Notes under the pieces: generated by a model
What the model was told of the DNA's origin: nothing
Seen by the model: the letters and a program-made list of their open reading frames with translations, nothing else
Database searches by the model: none
Made by a program: the position numbers and the translations under genes
NCBI GenBank assembly: GCA_964404855.1
Contig: CAYOLO010000001.1
Location: 443,009-507,008, forward strand
Length of the DNA stretch: 64,000 bases
Reading direction: 5' to 3'
Source of the DNA: an uncultured Gammaproteobacteria bacterium
GTDB taxonomy: Bacteria; Patescibacteriota; Microgenomatia; CAYQLK01
In this document: positions 1 through 9,301 of the stretch, piece after piece
Layout of the letters: each line of letters opens with the position of its first letter
How positions within the stretch are numbered: the first letter of the stretch is position 1

Positions 1-297
1 ATAGAAGCAGGTCGAGAGGGTGTCGGCGTCGAGATCTGCAATTTGGGTAATGCCGGGAGAGGTATAAATTCTCCCATCGCCAAGGTCCCAGTAGTAGTCG
101 CCGCCCGCGTCGTATGCGTAGACGCTGTCGTATGTACACACGACCTGAACGCCGGCATCGCCGATGTTGTTGTTGTCGACGTCCCCGTTGCGGGGAATCA
201 TGCAGTTCGTGTTCTTGCCGCCGGCGGCCGAGACGGTCGCGGTGGTCATGAGAGCGAGGCAGAAGAGAGTGGTGGCGATCAGAATCAGCTTGCGCAA
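1..297 (-). CDS. Partial (3'-truncated by window edge) secreted hypothetical protein; GC-rich, foreign composition
   Basis: Minus-strand frame reads LRKLILIATTLFCLALMTTATVSA|AGGKNTNCMIPRNGDVDNNNIGDAG..., a classic signal peptide with an AXA cleavage site. Start is TTG at 297 (AGGAG ~12 nt upstream) or ATG at 249. GC ~60% against ~37% for the rest of the window. The ORF tracker missed it because the gene runs off the window. Confidence 0.45.
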   Translation of the reverse strand, partial: MRKLILIATTLFCLALMTTATVSAAGGKNTNCMIPRNGDVDNNNIGDAGVQVVCTYDSVYAYDAGGDYYWDLGDGRIYTSPGITQIADLDADTLSTCFY

Positions 298-678
298 GGT
301 TCTTGGTTACTCCTGTTTTGGTTTGGATGTGAAAGATCGAAGTGTTTCGCCCCCACGGCGTAACAATCGCATGCTTGAGCTAGGTACTTACGGTTAGGTG
401 AGTCTTGGCCAAGCTAGTGCGACCACGAATTATAGGACATAAATCTATATTAATCAATGGTAGATTAAGAGGCTTGTGGTCTAGATGAGATTTAGGATGG
501 TTTTGATGGTTTGAGAATCAAAAAGGATTTTATGGTGACCTCTAACTTTGGCTAGTTGATTGGTTGAGGCAGTAGGAAGTTTGCTCTGGTTCGGATGCCA
601 AACATGATTATCAAAGGTTGGGGTGATGGTACAAATTTTGTTATCAAGGTCACATTTACTATTTAGGGTTTGAATTAT

Positions 679-1152
679 TTAGCTGTTGGGATGAAGTTCT
701 TTGAAAAATTTGCCGACTAAATATTTGGTTAAATGGGAGCCGTGAAATGGTGTAGCTATGGCAATAATTTTTTTGATTTGGGGAGAAACTGGAGAGTGGT
801 TAAGTAGGTGTTTAGCAATTAGGCCGCCTTTGGAGTGAGCAACAATTACAACACCTTGTAGAGAATTGTCGGTGATTATTTTTTCGATGATTTTTGACTG
901 GGTTGGTACTGATTTGAGGTTATGACCGAGTTCTGGAGCGATGTAAACAGGGTGACCTTCAAGTGAAATAGCGTCGCCTAGTTTTTTCATAAAACCCCAT
1001 TTGAGTGTGACTCCTTGGATTAGAATAACTGGATTTTTGCCATTTATGATATGCCCGAGATAGTGTTTGGGTGGTTTGCGATACTGATACATCATTCGCC
1101 AACCGTTGGCCATGTACGCGTAGTCAACTGCCCAGTCTAAAATTTTTCTCAT
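679..1152 (-). CDS. alpha/beta-hydrolase (lipase/esterase-like) protein
   Basis: VIVAHSKGGLIA matches a GXSXG-type nucleophile-elbow variant. Start chosen at MRKILDW (internal ATG) because the longer ORF would overlap rarA. Confidence 0.55.
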   Translation of the reverse strand: MRKILDWAVDYAYMANGWRMMYQYRKPPKHYLGHIINGKNPVILIQGVTLKWGFMKKLGDAISLEGHPVYIAPELGHNLKSVPTQSKIIEKIITDNSLQGVVIVAHSKGGLIAKHLLNHSPVSPQIKKIIAIATPFHGSHLTKYLVGKFFKELHPNS

Positions 1153-1230
1153 AGGGTAACTACAGTTTATCTTATTAAGAGGGTTATTGATTATGGCGAA
1201 TATAACCCGAATATGTGATACGATATCGTC

Positions 1231-2370
1231 ATGATACCTTTGGCAGCCAAGATTCGACCTTCTGATTTGACAGGTTTTGTTGGACAAAATCATCTTGTCG
1301 GACAAGGTAAGCCAATAAGGGTTGCAATCGATAAGAAACATTTATTTTCCTTTGTTTTGTGGGGTCCGCCTGGGGTTGGTAAAACAACTTTGGCGAGAAT
1401 TTATGCCAATTCTTTGGGGGCGGAGATGCATGAGTTGTCAGCTGTGTCAGCTGGTAAGGATGATATTCGCAAAATAATCGGCAAAGATAGCCTTCAAGAA
1501 TCGTTGGCGCCAAAGGTTTTGTTTTTGGATGAAATTCATAGATTTAATAAAAGTCAGCAGGATTTTTTGTTGCCATTTGTGGAGAGTGGAAAACTAACAT
1601 TAATCGGTGCAACGACTGAGAATCCTAGTTTCGAAGTAATACCGGCATTGTTATCAAGGTGCAGGGTTTTTGTCTTGAATGCGCTGTCAGAGAAAGAAAT
1701 GGACGAAATTATTAACCGAACTGGAATTGTAATTGATGATGAGGCGCGAAAATGGCTAATTGCAATGGCTGATGGTGACGGCAGGCAGGCAATTACGATG
1801 CTGGAAAATACTCAAAATTTGTATAAAAAAATTACTGTCGAGAACTTAAAAAAAACTTTGCAAAATAAGTTCTTGCGTTATGACAAAGCAGGTGAGGAAC
1901 ACTACAATACGATTAGTGCTTTTATCAAAAGTATGCGGGCAGGAGACGCGGACGCGGCGATTTATTATTTAGCACGAATGATTGACGCGGGAGAAGATCC
2001 TAAGTTTATAGCGCGTCGAATGGTTATTTTTGCGTCTGAAGATGTGGGACTAGCTGTACCAACGGCATTAGTTATTGCGAACGAAGTCTTTAGAGCTGTT
2101 GAGACGATAGGCTATCCAGAATGTTCAATTAATTTGGTGCACGGGGTTGCTTATTTAGCTAACTGCAAAAAGGATAGAAGTGCTTATGATGCTCTACAAG
2201 AAGCACTGGCAGATGTGAAAAAACTTGGTAATTTGCCAATACCGCTTAAGGTCAGGAATGCGCCGACAAAACTAATGAAAGAAATAGGATATGGGAAAGG
2301 GTATGAAATGTACGGAAAAGAATCGTTACTCCCCGAAGAGTTGAAAGGTAAGAAGTATTTGAAGAAGTAA
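1231..2370 (+). CDS. rarA: replication-associated recombination protein A (RarA/MgsA, AAA+ ATPase)
   Basis: Walker A motif GPPGVGKTTLA, followed by a Walker B/DEIHRF motif and the typical C-terminal MgsA helical domain. Confidence 0.9.
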   Translation: MIPLAAKIRPSDLTGFVGQNHLVGQGKPIRVAIDKKHLFSFVLWGPPGVGKTTLARIYANSLGAEMHELSAVSAGKDDIRKIIGKDSLQESLAPKVLFLDEIHRFNKSQQDFLLPFVESGKLTLIGATTENPSFEVIPALLSRCRVFVLNALSEKEMDEIINRTGIVIDDEARKWLIAMADGDGRQAITMLENTQNLYKKITVENLKKTLQNKFLRYDKAGEEHYNTISAFIKSMRAGDADAAIYYLARMIDAGEDPKFIARRMVIFASEDVGLAVPTALVIANEVFRAVETIGYPECSINLVHGVAYLANCKKDRSAYDALQEALADVKKLGNLPIPLKVRNAPTKLMKEIGYGKGYEMYGKESLLPEELKGKKYLKK

Positions 2371-2690
2371 GGGTATAGTTACTCGCTAAAATTCCTCCAA
2401 AAACTGCGCCAGCATTTTTTGTTGTCAGTTTTAGCTACGTCCTGCGTTTCAGGAGACCTGAAACTAGAAATGTACGGAAAAGAATCGTTACTCCCCGAAG
2501 CGTTGAAAGGCAAGAAGTATTTGAAGAAGTAAGGGTATAGTTACTCGCTAAAATTCCTCCAAAAACTGCGCTCGCTTTTTTGTCGTCGGTTTTAGCTACG
2601 TCCTGCGTTTCAGGAGACCTGAAACTAGAAATGTATGGTAAAGAATCGTTACTTCCCGAAGAGTTGAAAGGTAAGAAGTATTTGAAAAGA
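2308..2690. repeat. Tandem direct repeat, ~162-bp unit x ~2.4 copies, starting inside the last 63 nt of rarA
   Basis: Units begin at 2308, 2470 and 2631 with near-identical sequence (atgtacggaaaagaatcgttactccccgaag...gggtatagttactcgctaaaattcctccaaaaactgcg...gctacgtcctgcgtttcaggagacctgaaactagaa). Each unit carries the hairpin gtttcagg-agac-ctgaaac. Confidence 0.9.
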
Positions 2691-2709
2691 TAACTTTAAT
2701 ACAATATTC

Positions 2710-2997
2710 TCAAATGATGCCGACGTAGTCTATTTTGGGGAAGTCTTTACGAACTTCAGCAAGAAACTTGTCGGATAAAGAGGTTGAATATTTCCCATAA
2801 CCTGTCGATTCGGAGCGAGAAACGAGGAGTTTTTCACTGTTTCTGATCACATCCATAACCTTAGAGCCAATACGGTTGAATTCTTGTTTGTTGACGCTTG
2901 GATTTGCAACGAACGCGTCGTGAATTTTTAAAAACTCATCAAAAAGAGCGCGGTTGTTGTCTACCATTTGTTGGTAGACTTTTTGGTATTTAGTCAT
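2710..2997 (-). CDS. hypothetical small protein
   Basis: 95-aa ORF immediately downstream of, and co-oriented with, the VIT-family gene. No recognisable motif. Confidence 0.45.
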   Translation of the reverse strand: MTKYQKVYQQMVDNNRALFDEFLKIHDAFVANPSVNKQEFNRIGSKVMDVIRNSEKLLVSRSESTGYGKYSTSLSDKFLAEVRKDFPKIDYVGII

Positions 2998-2999
2998 AT

Positions 3000-3494
3000 T
3001 TAGATTTTTAATAGTAATCCCACGGCAATACCGATTGTAGCAGCGATTCCGCCGACTATAAGCATTTCGAGGCCTGAGCGGTTGCGGTTTATTTTAACAA
3101 TTTTTCCTTTGATATAGCCAAGTAAATATAATCCTATAAATGCGCAGATTACAGAAATAAAACCTGCTTCTGGAAGTGGGAAAAACATGATTGGTAAAAC
3201 AGGAATGAGTCCAGCCAGAGCGTAGGAGGCGAACATTATTATTCCGCCAAAGATGAAGTTTTCGGATTTGAGATCGTCCTTTTCTAGTTGGTGGACTGCT
3301 CGCTCGGATAAAAATTCACCAGCACCCATGCTACTTGCTTCGACGGCAATAGTAATAAGAGCTGCTAGCAAAATAAAATCTTTGGTTGGCGAAGCGGCGA
3401 TAAGTCCGACAATCATGCCTGTTGTGGATACAAGTGCATCTTCGACGCCAAATAGTGAGCTACGCAGGTAATCGTCTTCGACAGTTGTAGGCAT
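3000..3494 (-). CDS. VIT1/CCC1-family (DUF125) membrane protein, putative Fe/Mn transporter
   Basis: Hydrophobic multi-TM layout, with an N-terminal LRSSLFGVEDALVSTTGMIVG region typical of the VIT family. Confidence 0.7.
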   Translation of the reverse strand: MPTTVEDDYLRSSLFGVEDALVSTTGMIVGLIAASPTKDFILLAALITIAVEASSMGAGEFLSERAVHQLEKDDLKSENFIFGGIIMFASYALAGLIPVLPIMFFPLPEAGFISVICAFIGLYLLGYIKGKIVKINRNRSGLEMLIVGGIAATIGIAVGLLLKI

Positions 3495-3609
3495 AAGTTT
3501 ATTTTACTCTAAAATGGTTTTAGGAAAAATTTGATTTGTATTTTGGTTGATATAATATTTGTGTTAAGTAACTGTTGAAGTAAAAGTCTGCCTATAAAAA
3601 AGTATAAAA

Positions 3610-5367
3610 ATGCTTGAAAAAGAGGAGGATGTTGGAGCAGTTGGGAGGGTAGAAAATCCTTTAAAGGAAAAAACAGAAACTGAAAGAAAGTTTTTGGTAC
3701 GGGATTTGGGTGAGATAGATTTTGGAAGTTTGGAAGGAGCTGAAATAATTCAAGGATATTTGGCAATTGAAGCAAATGGAGACGAGTTGAGGGTTAGACA
3801 AAAAGGCGAAAAATATTATTTGACCAAGAAAAGTGGTTCGGGGGTAACAAGAGAAGAAGATGAATCAGAAATACCAAGAGAAGAGTTTGAACTACTTTAT
3901 TCACAGACCGAAGGGTTAAGAGTTGAAAAGACTAGATATGTAATTCCACACGGTAATTATTCAATTGAACTTGACGTGTTTGGTGGAAATCTAAAAGGAA
4001 TAATAACTGCGGAAGTCGAGTTTGGGGATGGACAAGATGCGACGGAATTCCAGCCACCATTATGGTTGGGAAGTGATGTAACTGAAAGTGGAGTTTATTC
4101 AAATCAAAAACTTGCCCAGCTGGCTCGTGAATTGGAGTCAGTTTCTGGGGGTCAGGTGGAACGGCAGGATGCTGGGGCGGTGTTTGGACTTCGTGAGGGT
4201 TTGAGTTTGTTGGTTGAGAAAACATCGTTAGATATGGATGTGAACACGGTGGCAGTAACTGCCATTGCAGGTGGTTCGGCTTCGGGCAAAACTAGTAAAG
4301 TTGCAGAAAAACTTGTCCAGGTCTTTAGTGATAAGTCGGCATTACTATCAATGGATGATTACAGTTTGGGTAGCGAGTATGTTAGACAACTAGTCGAGTC
4401 TGGAGAAGATATTAACTATGATATGCCAAGTTATATCGACATTGATTTGCTAGCTAGACATATAGCAATGCTAAAAAAGGGTATTGCGGTATGGACACCA
4501 ATTTTTGACTTTAAAACTGGAGAAACTTCCCCAAAAATGAGACTAGTAGAACCAAAACCTTTGTTGGTGGTCGAAGGATTATTTGCTCTAGATAATCGGA
4601 TTGTAGCTCAAGCGGATACTGGGGTTTTTGTGGATATTAGTATGCATGGGCGAGCGTTAAGGAGATTGTTTAGGGATGTATCGAGGACAAGTATGGTACC
4701 GAACGATATTTTGAAATATTTTGCTGAAGTCGTTGATCCAATGCATGAAAAATATGTTCAAGCAACAATTAGTCAAGCGGATTTGGTAATAGAAAATGAA
4801 TATGATCCAAGTATCGAATCAGGCAATGCCGGAAAAAAGGAGACTCAGATTAAATTTCAGATGACTATGTCTGAGACAGCTTTGTTGGGAATGGGTGCCA
4901 AATTGGTAGGAAGTTTTGATCAAGAGGATAGTTATTTCGAGCCAATAGACCAAAACCTACGAGAACGAGGGGAGAGTGTAAGAATTAGACAAGAGAACGA
5001 TCGAACATTTTTTACATACAAAGGACCAAAAGAAAGTGGTGAGGTTAGAAAAAGAGACAGGTTTGACGCAGAAGTAGATAAGGTTACTGCAGACGTTTTT
5101 GTAAAAAGATATGGAAAATGTGTGATGGAGCTTATTAAAACTCGCAGGGCTTATAAGCTAGGTAATATTAGTGTTGCAATTGATTCTGGGATTTTGAGAA
5201 TGACAGAGGATGGAAGCGAATCTCTGCCAGACCATGTTGAGGTTTGTTTTGATGGTAATGACATAAAAGATAGTGATAGGATGATTCTAGAGGAGTTAGG
5301 ACTTAATATGAGTGATGCAGTTTTGGACTCATATCAAGATTTATTAAGAGGAACAGTGGAACTATGA
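3610..5367 (+). CDS. CYTH domain - uridine kinase/PRK-like P-loop kinase - CYTH domain fusion protein
   Basis: N-terminal EXEXK motif (ETERKFLV) of the CYTH triphosphate-tunnel fold. Central AIAGGSASGKTS P-loop plus MDDYS, as in uridine/phosphoribulokinase. C-terminal second CYTH-like EXK region (ETQIKFQM). Confidence 0.75.
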   Translation: MLEKEEDVGAVGRVENPLKEKTETERKFLVRDLGEIDFGSLEGAEIIQGYLAIEANGDELRVRQKGEKYYLTKKSGSGVTREEDESEIPREEFELLYSQTEGLRVEKTRYVIPHGNYSIELDVFGGNLKGIITAEVEFGDGQDATEFQPPLWLGSDVTESGVYSNQKLAQLARELESVSGGQVERQDAGAVFGLREGLSLLVEKTSLDMDVNTVAVTAIAGGSASGKTSKVAEKLVQVFSDKSALLSMDDYSLGSEYVRQLVESGEDINYDMPSYIDIDLLARHIAMLKKGIAVWTPIFDFKTGETSPKMRLVEPKPLLVVEGLFALDNRIVAQADTGVFVDISMHGRALRRLFRDVSRTSMVPNDILKYFAEVVDPMHEKYVQATISQADLVIENEYDPSIESGNAGKKETQIKFQMTMSETALLGMGAKLVGSFDQEDSYFEPIDQNLRERGESVRIRQENDRTFFTYKGPKESGEVRKRDRFDAEVDKVTADVFVKRYGKCVMELIKTRRAYKLGNISVAIDSGILRMTEDGSESLPDHVEVCFDGNDIKDSDRMILEELGLNMSDAVLDSYQDLLRGTVEL

Positions 5368-5915
5368 GCAAAAAGTCTGTTGGAGTAAAAATTCATCACA
5401 TAAATATTAGACAGAGTATTTCGATAATTTTACTTAAACTAGTGTTGCTTGAGTTGTTGGCAGCTTCAGGGTTTTTGTTTTTGTATTTTAGTTTTAATAA
5501 CGAATTGGTTGTTCAGGGCATGATGGGTTTGTTTGAGAATTTTTTTGGTTGGATATTTTTGTTTCTGGTTTTTGCCAAAATCTATATAACGATTTATATA
5601 ATTCTCGATTGGTTGAATATGTATTACGAGATTAATGGTGAATATATATATACAAGAAAAGGAGTAATTTGGACGACTGAGCAAAAATTCGCAATAGCCA
5701 ACTTTGGAGATGTTACCTTGGAACAAAACTTGATGGGAAGAATTTTTAACTTTGGAAATATTAGGATTTTTGATACTGAGCTAAAACGAGATTTTTTGAT
5801 GTATTTGGTACATAACCCAAATAAATATTACGAAATTTTAAGTTCTATATCGCCATCCGGGGACAAAGAAAAGAAGGTTGTCAGACAAAGGTTTAGTTCT
5901 GAGATAGATTTGTAA
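5364..5915 (+). CDS. membrane protein with bacterial PH (bPH_2/YdbS-like) domain
   Basis: Two N-terminal TM helices, then the YYEINGEYIYTRKGVIWTTEQKFAIANFGDV pattern typical of bPH_2. Start overlaps the upstream stop (ATGA). Confidence 0.6.
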   Translation: MSKKSVGVKIHHINIRQSISIILLKLVLLELLAASGFLFLYFSFNNELVVQGMMGLFENFFGWIFLFLVFAKIYITIYIILDWLNMYYEINGEYIYTRKGVIWTTEQKFAIANFGDVTLEQNLMGRIFNFGNIRIFDTELKRDFLMYLVHNPNKYYEILSSISPSGDKEKKVVRQRFSSEIDL

Positions 5916-5979
5916 AACATAGAGATTAAATTAAAAAATTAGTTGAAATTGTATAAGAATCAGAGTTATATGGAGGTAT

Positions 5980-6786
5980 ATGGAAAATAAAATATCAACC
6001 GATCAGTTAATTAATTTAAAGGGCAAAGTTGCGATTGTAACAGGAGGGGCGGTTGGGATAGGTTTGGGAATTGTGGAGAGGTTAGCAGAAGCGGGAGCGT
6101 CGGTAATGGTAGCGGATTTGAATAAAGAAAATGCGGATAAGGCTGCTATCGAGCTAACTCAAAAAGGACTACTTGTTAAATCTTCGGAATGTGACGTTTC
6201 AAACGAACAAGCTGTAGAAAGTTTGGTGGCTAGTACTGTTACGGAGTTTGGATCTGTAGATATTTTGGTAAATAATGCCGGCATATATCCAAATATTCCT
6301 TTATCAAAAATGAGCACGGAAGATTTTATGCGGGTTATTGAGGTTAATCTTAAGAGTGTTTATCTAACGACTAAGCATGTTTCGGAACAGATGATAAAAC
6401 AAGGTAAGGGTGGCAAAATAATTAATGTGACTTCGATTGATGCGATTCATCCGTCGATGATTGGTCTGGCTCACTATGATGCTTCTAAGCATGGCGTTTG
6501 GGGTTTTACTAAAAACTCCGCTCTTGAGCTGGCTCAACATAAGATTTGGGTTAATGCGATTGCTCCCGGAGGAATTGCAACCCCTGGTGTTCAGGCTGGT
6601 ACAGGCGGCTCGGTTCCACCAGAAGAAATGGCTAAGATGATTGAAGCGTTTATGGCTGGTATCCCGATGCATCGAATGGGAGAACCAGATGAAATTGGCA
6701 AAGTTGCACTATTTTTGGCATCAGATATGTCGTCATATATGACTGGTTCGCAGGTTGTGGTTGACGGTGGTGCTTTGCTTAGTTAA
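5980..6786 (+). CDS. SDR-family NAD(P)-dependent oxidoreductase (FabG-like)
   Basis: TGGAVGIG Rossmann motif, NNAG, and the catalytic Y-x3-K (YDASK). Confidence 0.9.
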   Translation: MENKISTDQLINLKGKVAIVTGGAVGIGLGIVERLAEAGASVMVADLNKENADKAAIELTQKGLLVKSSECDVSNEQAVESLVASTVTEFGSVDILVNNAGIYPNIPLSKMSTEDFMRVIEVNLKSVYLTTKHVSEQMIKQGKGGKIINVTSIDAIHPSMIGLAHYDASKHGVWGFTKNSALELAQHKIWVNAIAPGGIATPGVQAGTGGSVPPEEMAKMIEAFMAGIPMHRMGEPDEIGKVALFLASDMSSYMTGSQVVVDGGALLS

Positions 6787-6835
6787 ACACTAGTACCCAG
6801 AGTAAAATAAATATTTTTCTGTTATAAATAGCGCC

Positions 6836-7915
6836 ATGAATTTAAGTGTTGGACTAGTTGGTTTTCCAAATGTTGGTAAATCAACGCTATTTAATGCGCT
6901 TTTGGGGCGGGTCGTTGCTGATGCGAGCAACTATCCTTTTTGTACGATTGAGCCAAATGTAGGGATAGTTGAGGTTAAAGATAAGCGTCTTGAAATACTA
7001 AAAAAAATTACCGAAGAAACAGAAGGGCTTGATAATGGTTTTAAATTAATTCCAGCTGTAGTCGAATTTGTTGATATTGCCGGCCTTGTACAAGGCGCGT
7101 CAACTGGCGAGGGTTTAGGAAATAAGTTCTTGTCACATATTCGAGAGGTTGATGCGATTGCTTTGGTTTTAAGGGATTTTGCAGACAATAATGTGATTAG
7201 ATCAGGCTCAACTACGCCAAAAGATGATAAAGAAATATTAATGGCAGAACTGGCGATTAAAGATTTAGAAACAGTAACGGAGGCAATCGCCAAACTTGCA
7301 GCAAAAACCAAATCCCCAGCTTTTACAAAAGACGAGAGGGAAAAACTAACAATATTAGAAAAAGTTCAAATTAATCTTAACCAAGGTAATTCGGCGATAT
7401 TAGGTTTGAGTGATGAGGAAAAGTTGGCGATAAAAGAGTTTAGTTTGTTAACAGCTAAACCCGTAATCGAAGTAATAAATTGCGATGAGGTGGATTTGAA
7501 TAAACCACTAGAAACAAATCAAATCAGGTTGTGTGCCAAAACAGAGTTCGAATTAACAGAGCTTAGTGAAGAGGAAAGAGAGATGTTTAAGGAAGACTGG
7601 GTTAATTTGGAAAGTGTTGGGTTGGACGCGTTGATTAACAAGGCTTATGAAGTTTTGGGCTACATCTCCTTTTTTACTGCCGGCCCTAAAGAGGTTAGAG
7701 CTTGGACAATTCCAAACGGGGCAACTGCACCGCAAGCTGCTGGAGTTATTCACACTGATTTTGAAAAGAAATTTATTAGAGCTGATGTGGTTAGTTATGA
7801 TAGTTTTGTTGAGTGCCATGGATACCTTGGTTGTAAGGAAAAAGGGAAATCAAGAATGGAAGGGCGAGACTATATAGTTAGTGACGGAGATTTGATGATT
7901 TTTCATCATAGTTGA
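6836..7915 (+). CDS. ychF: redox-regulated ribosome-binding ATPase YchF
   Basis: N-terminal GLVGFPNVGKSTLFNAL G1 motif and a C-terminal TGS domain. Ends with TGA. Confidence 0.95.
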   Translation: MNLSVGLVGFPNVGKSTLFNALLGRVVADASNYPFCTIEPNVGIVEVKDKRLEILKKITEETEGLDNGFKLIPAVVEFVDIAGLVQGASTGEGLGNKFLSHIREVDAIALVLRDFADNNVIRSGSTTPKDDKEILMAELAIKDLETVTEAIAKLAAKTKSPAFTKDEREKLTILEKVQINLNQGNSAILGLSDEEKLAIKEFSLLTAKPVIEVINCDEVDLNKPLETNQIRLCAKTEFELTELSEEEREMFKEDWVNLESVGLDALINKAYEVLGYISFFTAGPKEVRAWTIPNGATAPQAAGVIHTDFEKKFIRADVVSYDSFVECHGYLGCKEKGKSRMEGRDYIVSDGDLMIFHHS

Positions 7916-7977
7916 ACTGCTAAACTTTTCTTGATATGATGTGCGCCGCTTACATACAAGTCTAATTTTTAAGATAA

Positions 7978-8331
7978 ATGTTATTTAATTACGAACTTAC
8001 ATTGATGACTGCTGGTAGCATAGCTGAGGCAGATTCGAAAAAAGTTATTGAAAAAGTCAAAAAACTTCTTCCAAAAGAAGTAAATATTATTAAAGAAGAT
8101 GATTGGGGTCTTAGGGATTTGGCTTATCACATTGATAAAAACGCCAAAGCTAGAATGGTTCAAGTCCATTTTGTGTCCGAATCATCTCCAATTAAAGATT
8201 TGAATAAAGCTTTGAATATTGAAGAAGGTTTGATGAGATATTTGTTGCTTAAGCACAATCCTGTCAAAGAAGGTAAGGTTGAGCCTGTTGCAAAAAAAGA
8301 AAAAGTAATTTTAAAAAGTTCTAAAAAGTGA
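7978..8331 (+). CDS. rpsF: 30S ribosomal protein S6
   Basis: YELTLM...DWGLRDLAY pattern. Lies in the conserved rpsF-ssb-rpsR arrangement. Confidence 0.85.
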   Translation: MLFNYELTLMTAGSIAEADSKKVIEKVKKLLPKEVNIIKEDDWGLRDLAYHIDKNAKARMVQVHFVSESSPIKDLNKALNIEEGLMRYLLLKHNPVKEGKVEPVAKKEKVILKSSKK

Positions 8332-8369
8332 TAAAGTACTAACAAATTATAAACAACTAAACAAAAAAT

Positions 8370-8942
8370 ATGGCAGCACGCGGTTCTCTCAACAAAGTAA
8401 TGTTAATTGGAAACTTAACTCGCGATCCTGAGCTAAGATATACGCCTCAAGGGAATGCAGTTTGTAGTTTTTCTATTGCAACTAACCGTAGTTGGCAACC
8501 ATCTGAAGGTGGTGAACGTCGTGAAGAGACCGAATTTCATCGTGTAGTTGCTTGGAATAAATTAGGTGAACTATGCTCACAGCTTTTGACTAAAGGACGC
8601 AAGGTCTATGTTGAAGGTCGTTTGCAGACTCGTAACTGGCAGACCGCTGATGGACAAAATCGTCAGACAACTGAAGTAGTGATTACTGATATGAATTTGT
8701 TAGATTCTAGGAAGAATTATGAATCAGCTGGTGGCAACTCAGGAGATGTCGAAGAGTTTGTGACTGAAACTACTGGTGGAGTTGTAGATGATTACAGCCA
8801 ACTTGAGGATGTGACTGTTGAAGAGTTAGACGAAACTCCAGTTGAACTGGTTGACGAAGGCGGAGATGAGCCAGAGAAGCCAACAAAGACCAAAAAAGCC
8901 AAACAGGATGTAGTAGAGTCCGATGATGATTTGCCATTTTAA
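8370..8942 (+). CDS. ssb: single-stranded DNA-binding protein
   Basis: OB fold (NKVMLIGNLTRDPELRYT...FHRVVAW) and an acidic C-terminal DDDLPF tail. Confidence 0.95.
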   Translation: MAARGSLNKVMLIGNLTRDPELRYTPQGNAVCSFSIATNRSWQPSEGGERREETEFHRVVAWNKLGELCSQLLTKGRKVYVEGRLQTRNWQTADGQNRQTTEVVITDMNLLDSRKNYESAGGNSGDVEEFVTETTGGVVDDYSQLEDVTVEELDETPVELVDEGGDEPEKPTKTKKAKQDVVESDDDLPF

Positions 8943-8957
8943 AAAAATAATTAAAAA

Positions 8958-9179
8958 ATGAGACCAAAACCAGAATTTAGAAAGCCATCAAAATCTCCGA
9001 TTACCGATGATAAAGAAATCGTTTGGAGTAATGTTGAGCTTTTGAAAAAATTTGTTTCTGACAGGGGTAAGATATTTCCTGCAGCCAGAAGTGGACTTAC
9101 TGCCAAACAACAGAGACTTTTGACTCGTGCTATAAAGAACGCTCGTTTTATGGCAATGATGTCTTACACTGAAAAGTAA
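8958..9179 (+). CDS. rpsR: 30S ribosomal protein S18
   Basis: TAKQQRLLTRAIKNARFMA motif, directly downstream of ssb. Confidence 0.9.
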   Translation: MRPKPEFRKPSKSPITDDKEIVWSNVELLKKFVSDRGKIFPAARSGLTAKQQRLLTRAIKNARFMAMMSYTEK

Positions 9180-9301
9180 ATATACTTTTTAATACTTCTT
9201 TTAGAAATTTTGCCTCAGGAATTTAGCGATTATTAAGTTTTGGCGGTTAAAATTTCTTTAAAGTTAATGTAGTATAGTAGGAGTTCGTTTTATTGTGAAA
9301 C

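Noticed and set aside
43-397. Plus-strand ORFs 43-363 and 164-397
   Set aside because: Low-complexity translations with no start context. The minus-strand frame encodes a clean signal peptide protein, so the plus-strand ORFs are GC artefacts.
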